Notes under the pieces: generated by a model
What the model saw: the letters and a program-made list of their open reading frames with translations, nothing else
Database searches by the model: none
Told to the model about the DNA's origin: nothing
Shown here: in pieces, positions 56,171 through 64,000 of the stretch
Layout: each line of letters opens with the position of its first letter
Numbering within the stretch: position 1 is the first letter of the stretch
Assembly (NCBI RefSeq): GCF_009914755.1
Contig: NC_060929.1
Direction: 5' to 3' (one strand)
DNA: 64,000 bases
Source: the human T2T-CHM13v2.0 reference genome, Homo sapiens
Position numbers and translations under genes: made by a program

Positions 56171-59100
56171 AGACTCTCCAAGAAAGGGCTAGTTGGTTGG
56201 TTCTTAATGTTTCCACAGTGCTTTGTCAGTATTTCTGTGAGAGTAGAAGGGTGGCATACTTTCTTTCCCAAACTTGTCCCTGAATTCCTTCCACTTCCCC
56301 CCAAGGCTGTTGTGAATAAAGGAGTGGCCGAGGGTGACACGCAGCCAATGGTTGGTCCACCAGCTGCCTCTGGCAGCTCCTTGTTGCTGTCTCTCCTCCC
56401 AGATCTGTCTCCTTTTATTTTCCTGGTCTTTCTTGTGATTTCCCTCTTTGTCTTTTGCAGGGTCCTCATTCCCAAATTTCTCTCCTATTATGTTAAGTGC
56501 ACTGATATTGCTGTTTTTGTTTCTCCTTTGAGAAATATGATGCCTGGGAAGAGGCAGCAGCTCACATTGCACACCTAAATAGTTCCAGCAAGGCATTTTC
56601 CTGAATACAAAGCTTTTTCTCCTGAGGTGGATTCTGCTTTCCCCTAGCCTGCAAAAAGAAGGCAGTCAAGTTTCTGGCTTTAAATGGTAACTTTTCTTTC
56701 CTCTTTTAGATGCTTTAGAACCTAAGCAGAAACAAGTGTCTTTTATAAAGCCACTTCACTTTGACATCTCAGATTCTCAGCAGGCTTGGCAACAGTGGCT
56801 TGCCCATTCATCTCTGGGACCACTTTTGAAGCCAACTCTGTGAAGAGCTGTATGAACTCTATGAGGCTCTGTAAAGAAAGGCATCATTAGGAAGGAGATG
56901 TTCTTAGCAATGGCTCTGCAAAGTTTAAACTCCAGTTTCCTCATTCTGTATTCAGAACAATTGCTCTTAAAGTATTCGCTAAGGACAAGCATTTTCTTAC
57001 TCCCATACTCAACAACATGGGAAAACATGGGAAAAAACCAAGCCCTCCTAATGAAGACCAAGCAGCTGGACCTGCATTGCTCTAGTGTTACCTCTGTTTG
57101 GGGTTTCCTCTATTGCTGGGAGGCCAGACACTTAGTTGATTAACTTTGTACTTAATGAATAGGGTTGTCATTTTTCCAGCTGTTTCTAGGAGAAACTGAA
57201 ACAGGATTGGAGATTTTGAAAATTTGTCACCTCCCCCCACCACCAAAAAAATCCCAATAAACTTGTCTGTGGCCTCTTTTTATCATTTCCATCCTTTCTT
57301 TTGTGAAGTCCAAGGGATATGAAGCAGATGGAAAAGAGGATAGGCACAGAGAACGTGTGCACAGATATAATATGGGTAAATTCTACTAACCAAACAAGCA
57401 AAAACCAAGCTTTAATTAATTCAGTTACATTTAGATCTAGTGCTTTTTTACTGAAACAGAGCCACTGAGAAAATATGACATGATAACACTTAGTAAAACC
57501 TCTGAACACATGAAAGTCCTTAAAACAGGATTAGCAATGGATAATACTACCTTACATTTATATAACACTTGGCATATTTCAAAAATGTTTCATGACCAGT
57601 GAAAGACTGAATGTCACATTATTTGGGAAAAGAAAAAAGGGAGGATGTTTCTATTACAATTTATGGATAAAGAAGTAGTTTTGGGGTCTAAGGTCATATG
57701 ATAACTTAAATAAGAAGACCCTCTCTGTGGCAATTAGCATTATTTTAAAAATTGTCAACAGATACTAGAGAGCTTTTTTTTGAATTAATCTATCTTACAT
57801 TCTATCCCGATAAATAAGGAAAAACAAATCATTTGAAGAAGAGAAAAAAAATTTCTGTTTCCCTTGAAATGCATTAAGTGTAACTGTAGTCATGAGAATC
57901 TGAAGATGCAAAATCTGAAATTAGCCAATATTAGAAACTCTGAGTACAAACTTAAATTGATAAGACTTAAACAGTGAAATACACTTTTTGTGTACTTTTA
58001 GATTAGTATGCCAATTTTGATCTGCATCAAATGATCGACATTTATGTTGCATTTACACATACATTTACAAACACTATTCTATTTAATCTCATTTTTTTTT
58101 TGTAACTGACAAATTTGCTTTTATGGAAAGAGACTTCTGGAAGACAAAAAAAAAAAAAAAGGATCCAGAGGAACCCACAAAACACCTTTACACAAAGTCT
58201 AAGACCACAAAAAGGCCTTACAAAAGACCCTTATTACCCAATTCAGGGCATGGGCAAGGATGTATAGGAAGACATACTTAGCTATGAAGACAAAGTGTTT
58301 CAAATGAATGGTTATAGTAATCCATGATTAGCTATTGGGTAAAACTTAGGCCCACTTAATTATAGATGGATAAGGGGATATGTACATTTCAGCATTCTAT
58401 ATATGACTCGGAGATTTATGAGAAACCAATTCCCCAAGCTTTTAATATTAGTGAACAATAGCTATCATATACCTATATCAGTCACTCATGCACACATTTA
58501 CCCCATCCCAACCACAAAAAGACATTTTTTCATTTATCCTCTCAACTTGAATTCTATCTAAAATCCCTTGGTACCAGAGGTTGAAAGCATCAGGTACTAA
58601 GTCATCCTCCTTGCTAAAATTAAGCTGTCTCTGTATACACAAATGGTGACAGCTGAAATGCACTCTGGGTCTCTGCTAATAGATCCTCCATTTAGATCTT
58701 GGACAACTGAAGGCAGGGCATGTTGACCAGGGATCTTTCGGCTCTGGAATCTCCTGTCTGTCCTGGTCTATCAAAGCTCCACTTGCCACCTTTCTGGGCT
58801 TGGTGCCAACCTTGTATTTTTAGACAAATAGAGTAGTACTCTGAAGTTGGAATTCTAAAAGTGTGTCTTTTTTCTTAAAAAATTGCTTTATTCAGAGCTG
58901 GTACTAGTTGTTCTCAATCATTTAATGTATTTTATCACCTTAAACTAATTATTTATTTAATGGATTTCTCCAATTTTTAAAATTATGCCTATTGCAACAT
59001 GCTCTGGGCATGAGTACAGAAAATGAACACATTAATTATAATAAAACATTCAAGGGCTGAAACAAATGAAAAGAAGAGAGTTAACACAGGCTACTCAACA

Positions 59101-61824
59101 TCTGCCATACACATATATACATATAGTACCTCTTTCCCATCCAAAATGCACCTCTATAGTCTCTAATACCTGCCTGTTGGGAGCTGGCTCTGCTTGAAAC
59201 ACTTTGGTGAGAACAGGCAAGAAAATGATGGCGTCGTGGTAGTGTTCTCGCATTCTCTTCACAGCATTGGCTGCCGCCTCTGCTACCCTCTGAAATGCCT
59301 GTATATCACCTCTCAGAACATTTTTAGTTTCACACCACAAATAAGACGAACATTAATTATAGGTTGGAAAAGGGACTGGAATGCTGTGGCGGCACATTCC
59401 ATTTTAATAGAAAGGGTCTGAGGGAATGTGCTGTGCACCTCCAAGCTTGCTCTTATTGTTGAGTACTCCTTTTCTTTTCCCATGTTATTTTTTTCTTAGC
59501 TTTTGTTATTACTTTTAATTTATGCCACTTTAAGATCTTAAAATTCTGTGAGTGAGTATGAAGATAACATATTGTATGAAAAGGAATATATTTTAAAATA
59601 TGTTTTTGACACATTAGAACCTTAATTGTAATCCAATTTGATGGAGCAAGGATCAAACTTCTTGACCCATGATTTGATCAGCCAAGTGGTTTATCTGGGA
59701 AGACTTGCTTTAGATATAAAAGGTGAACATTTCCCTCTTAGACTTACATCCCTTATTTCCAACTTGCTATTTAATTTGGATAAAGTTCTTGGTTATTTTA
59801 CATGTGCTGTTGAATATCTTCAAAACCAAATGGGTTCACTTTCAAAATAGTAAAATGTAAATTTGTTCTCTTAACACTCAGCCTCACAACATTCATACTG
59901 TAACATTTTATGTTATTTAATATGGCTTTTAAAACTTACATTAGTAATGTGCTAATGAGACCTTACAGGCTTTAATTCATTACAGAAGATGCAATAAAGA
60001 CTAATATGAGTAGAGCTTCCTAGGCAACCAGGAATCAGATTTTTTTCTAATGTAAGAAAACTGGTCAATTTTCTACTCTATTGATGTTTGCCATTACAGT
60101 AATGAAGCAGGTTACATTTTCTTTGTAATAAGATGATTAATTTGGTTATTGACTTTCTGTTTCAATTTCATGTTTCATTTAAATGATTTGAAAATACAGG
60201 TTCTGTATTTTTCCACTACATGCTTGGGTCAGATGTAAAACATTTATTCTATTTGGTTCCCAACTTTAATATCGGAGAGGAATTTTTTTGTTTTTTTCAT
60301 ACTTAGAAGCCATTACACAGATAAAATTATCAATTGAGATTAATAGCATAGAATGTCACCCAATACAAAGGGAACTGGGTATTCATCTCAAAACTTGAAT
60401 TTGAATGTGGAATCATACAGATAGAAAAATTCTGAGACAGCAGAAGAACAAAAAGTCATCATCTTTTTGTGTGAGTCACTTTCTCCTGAGACCATACCCT
60501 ACATTTTGGAGGCAGATTGTTTTTTTCAAGCCAGTTACTTTATAGAGATGGGAGAGTGTAGAACTTCAAAATGCCAATGCACATGACCTTCTGATTATAT
60601 GGACTTGTATAGTTTTCTGAATGTAGGTCTTATACTTCCATAAATTGATGGTTCCTCGAGAACAGATGGCATATTTTATACATCTTTGTATGATACCTAG
60701 CAAAGAGCCCTGCACAAAGTAGGTGAATAACAAATGTCTCTGTTAAATAAAGTACCATGAGAAGCATAGATGAGAGAGAGGTAAGGAATGAGGTAAGAGG
60801 TTCCAAGGACATGTCTATAAGTAGGTACTTATATTTGTTGTGTACTTTATTTTTATTGAAAGACCCTCTCTAAATCCAAATAGTCATCTACTCAGGTCTG
60901 TGGGATACAACAATTCCCCGATTACTTGGCTTAACATTCCTTCCTGCAGAGCCACTATAGGGGTAAATCAGGGATGGTCAAGAGGATTCATTCCTTATAC
61001 CAACCAGTTATGTAGAATTGGTGGTGATCCCTTGGGCTGCAGTATGGAGAAAGCAGCTCAGACTATTCCTGAGCCCAGTGAAAAAGAGGACAAGATGGCC
61101 ATCTATGAGCTGGATAATCAAGACAGTCCTGTCTGCTTGGTAGCACGACCCTTCTCCAAGATTTGCCCCTCATCCTTCTTTCAAAGCCCAGATCAAATTC
61201 TGCCTCTTCAAGATGGCTTTTCAGATCCCCACCTTCAAGCTAGCACCCTCCCTTTCCTGCTTGTATAGCAAACTATTCTAGCCTTTATTCTCATATTTGT
61301 CATAGTCTCCTCATCCATCTATTTCTCTCTACCTACCTAGTTATTCATGTCAATTCCACTAGAGTAGTTTCTCGTGGGGAGGCAGGGATAATCTCTTTCA
61401 CTTTTCTGTCTCCTATGTGCCCAGTATAAATGGGCTTTACTTATAGGATACGCTTCATAAATGACAATGAAGGAAACTGAACAGCAGACTGATTGATGGA
61501 AGGTCACCCAACAGATCATTACAGTGATAAGAGAAAACTGATGGTATGTTAGAGAAGTAGAATGTTCTGTCACTGCAGATTGACCCTGATCTACAGCTAG
61601 GGAAGAACTGTATGGGATTCCACAGACAATGAGTATCAATGGCACAAACTCATTCTTGAATTTTTGCCAGTTCAAGAAGAGACTGAGTCATCGAATGCTC
61701 TAAATGTCACTTCACCTCATGTTCTGTCAACACAGAGGGTAACTCAGAGTGGCCAGTTCCACTCAACCATCCAAGAAAACAAAACAAGAAAAGCAGACAT
61801 TAAAAGAGGGCAGTGTTCTGCACT

Positions 61825-61975
61825 TCACAGGTCTGTGACCTTGGCCAAATTACTTAACCTCTGTAAGCCTTAATTTCTTCTTCCTGTGTAACATGGAGAT
61901 GATGGTATCTACTTACAGGCAAGAGTTGAGATAATATATGCAAAATTCTTGGCATGGTAGAATATTAATTGAACT
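61825..61975 (+). mobile_element. MIR SINE
   Basis: ctgtgaccttggccaaattacttaacctctgtaagccttaatttcttc. Confidence 0.75.
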
Positions 61976-62142
61976 ATGAAGATGATTGTATCCACTATTC
62001 CCTTTTCCCTTCTTGGCTATTTCATTTCCATTCATGTTACTTTGTTTTATATATACACTGCTTTACTGTGTATGAGAAAAATGACTGTCCACTGGTAGAA
62101 ATATAGCCTGAGGTTTTTTTTGTTTTTAATTCTCTCTCTCTC

Positions 62143-62432
<290 letters not shown>

Positions 62433-63039
62433 TTTTTTAAATTATCTAACCCTAGCCCCTGAATTTTTAAAACCACCATGGAACATCACTGGAATGAAAA
62501 TGGAGACCATGTGACTTCTTCAGCTTTCCAAAGAAAACAGGTTTACTGATTATACGCAGCTAGAATGGTTGGCATAATTGTTATGAATGACAAACCCTTC
62601 AATTCATTGATGTGTATGAGTCAGTGATGTTGGGATAAATGTCTTTGGATACACATTACACAGTGCTCCCAGATGTTTATATTCCTTCCCACTCCCTAAC
62701 CTAATCCTAAAATATTAGCTCTCTAGACAAGAGCATAAACTGAAAACTCATATTTGCTCTTAGGACTCTTTACAATCATTTTCACATGTGATTATCTTGG
62801 TGTGTACATAGAGTGGCCATCTTTGTTTACAATGAAGACGCGAAAGCCCAAAGGTTGGCTAATGTAACCATGGAAACCAAGCTAATAAATGGTCAAATCT
62901 GTACCAAGAATAATTCTAGAGACTTCAGTTGCTTCAGAGATGGATGAGGTAGGAGTTTTTCTCAGAGGGATGCAGGTCTGTCTGTGGTCGCTTAGTTGGG
63001 TTGATTCCCACATAGTATTAATGAGCATATGGAAAGATA

Positions 63040-63590
63040 ACAAAAGCAGCTAACACTTATTGAATACTAAAGTCTGAAGTAGCGTGCCAAGTACTTTCAG
63101 GCATTATCTCTAATCCTTATCACAAGTATATGAGGTAGGTACTATTATTAGACCCACTTTCTAAATGAGAAAATAAGCTTGGACTAGTAAGTAATTTGTT
63201 TAAGGTCATTCAACTAACAAGTGGCAAAGGATAAAAGTTAAATTTAAGTTTACCTGACTCCCAAGTTCATATTCTTTTTTTTTGAGATGAAGTTTTGCTC
63301 TGTTACCCAGGCTGGAGTGCAGTGGTGCAATCTCAGCTCACTGGAACCTCCGCCCCCCGAGTTCAAGTGATTCTCCTGTCTCAGCCTCTTGAGTAGCTGG
63401 GATTACAGGTGCATGCCACCATGCCCGGCTAATTTTTGTATTTTTAGTAGAGACAGGCTTTCACCATGTTGATCAGGCTGGTCTCGAACTCCTGACCTCA
63501 TGATCCACCTGCCCCAGCTTCCCAAAGGCGTGAGCCACCGCGCCCATCCCCAAGTTCATATTCTTAACTAACACAGACATTGCTTCTATC
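63040..63590 (-). mobile_element. MIR SINE interrupted by an Alu
   Basis: tatgaggtaggtactattatt...aaatgagaaaa...aagtaatttgtttaaggtca...ctgactcccaag. Confidence 0.72.
63277..63548 (-). mobile_element. AluSg-like SINE with a ~14-nt internal deletion
   Basis: Antisense Alu; cccaaaggcgtgagcc lacks gtgctgggattaca; 17-bp TSD cccaagttcatattctt at 63260-63276 and 63549-63565. Confidence 0.93.
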
Positions 63591-64000
63591 TCTTAGTCAC
63601 CTAACATTGACTCTTTCTGTTTCATGACCAGATCTTATACTCTGATTTTTCCCCTGCTTTTGAAGAAATAAAGGTGGGAGGCAGTGGAATGGGGAAGACA
63701 GGGAGAGGAAGAGGTTGGGGAGGGAGGGATGGCTCATTCAGTGATTGTGTGCCATCTATATTCATTCATTCCTACTATGTGCCAGGCATCACACTAGATG
63801 CCAGGTCTCAGCTGTGATAAAAAATAACTTTCTTGTTCTTATGAGGCTAAATGCCCCAGGGTCCTACACCCACTTCTCCTAGTCAGTCAAATGTGTGTGG
63901 GCTTTTGAGGGGACAAGGGTGCCATGCTGTGGTATCACCCAAAGCTTTCTCTAGATAAGTGGATGTGAGAAAACCCAACAGCTGAGAGCAGCTCAGAGAA

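Noticed and set aside
56020-56596. Overlapping 130-182-aa ORFs on both strands
   Set aside because: They begin in L2-derived sequence and run through a pyrimidine tract that produces low-complexity F/L or K/R stretches; no recognisable domain.

Overview
This is mammalian non-coding DNA, almost certainly human: it contains a perfect AluYa5 and a near-perfect AluYc1-type element. It is AT-rich and dense in interspersed repeats, consistent with an intergenic region or a long intron. I found no protein-coding gene, RNA gene or processed pseudogene. The ORFs with recognisable protein are fragments of L1 ORF2 or antisense Alu, plus a frameshifted hAT transposase remnant that the ORF track misses. 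Repeats include 11 Alus (J, S and Y classes), L1PA/L1M fragments, many MIR/L2/CR1 relics, LTRs (MER21A, LTR47, MSTB, MLT1) and hAT DNA transposons (MER1A, MER5A, MER45B, MER58, Arthur1-like). Subfamily names come from recalled consensus sequences, and old-repeat boundaries are approximate. I cannot support a new biological system here. The most notable observations are: an L1PA4-like insertion with a 58-bp target-site duplication; a perfect AGAACAnnnTGTTCT steroid-receptor palindrome; two very young, possibly polymorphic Alus; a local ~111-bp duplication; a candidate spliced and polyadenylated lncRNA 3' end; a candidate recursive splice site; RFX X-box motifs; and a CpG-enriched promoter/enhancer-like patch near 29 kb.
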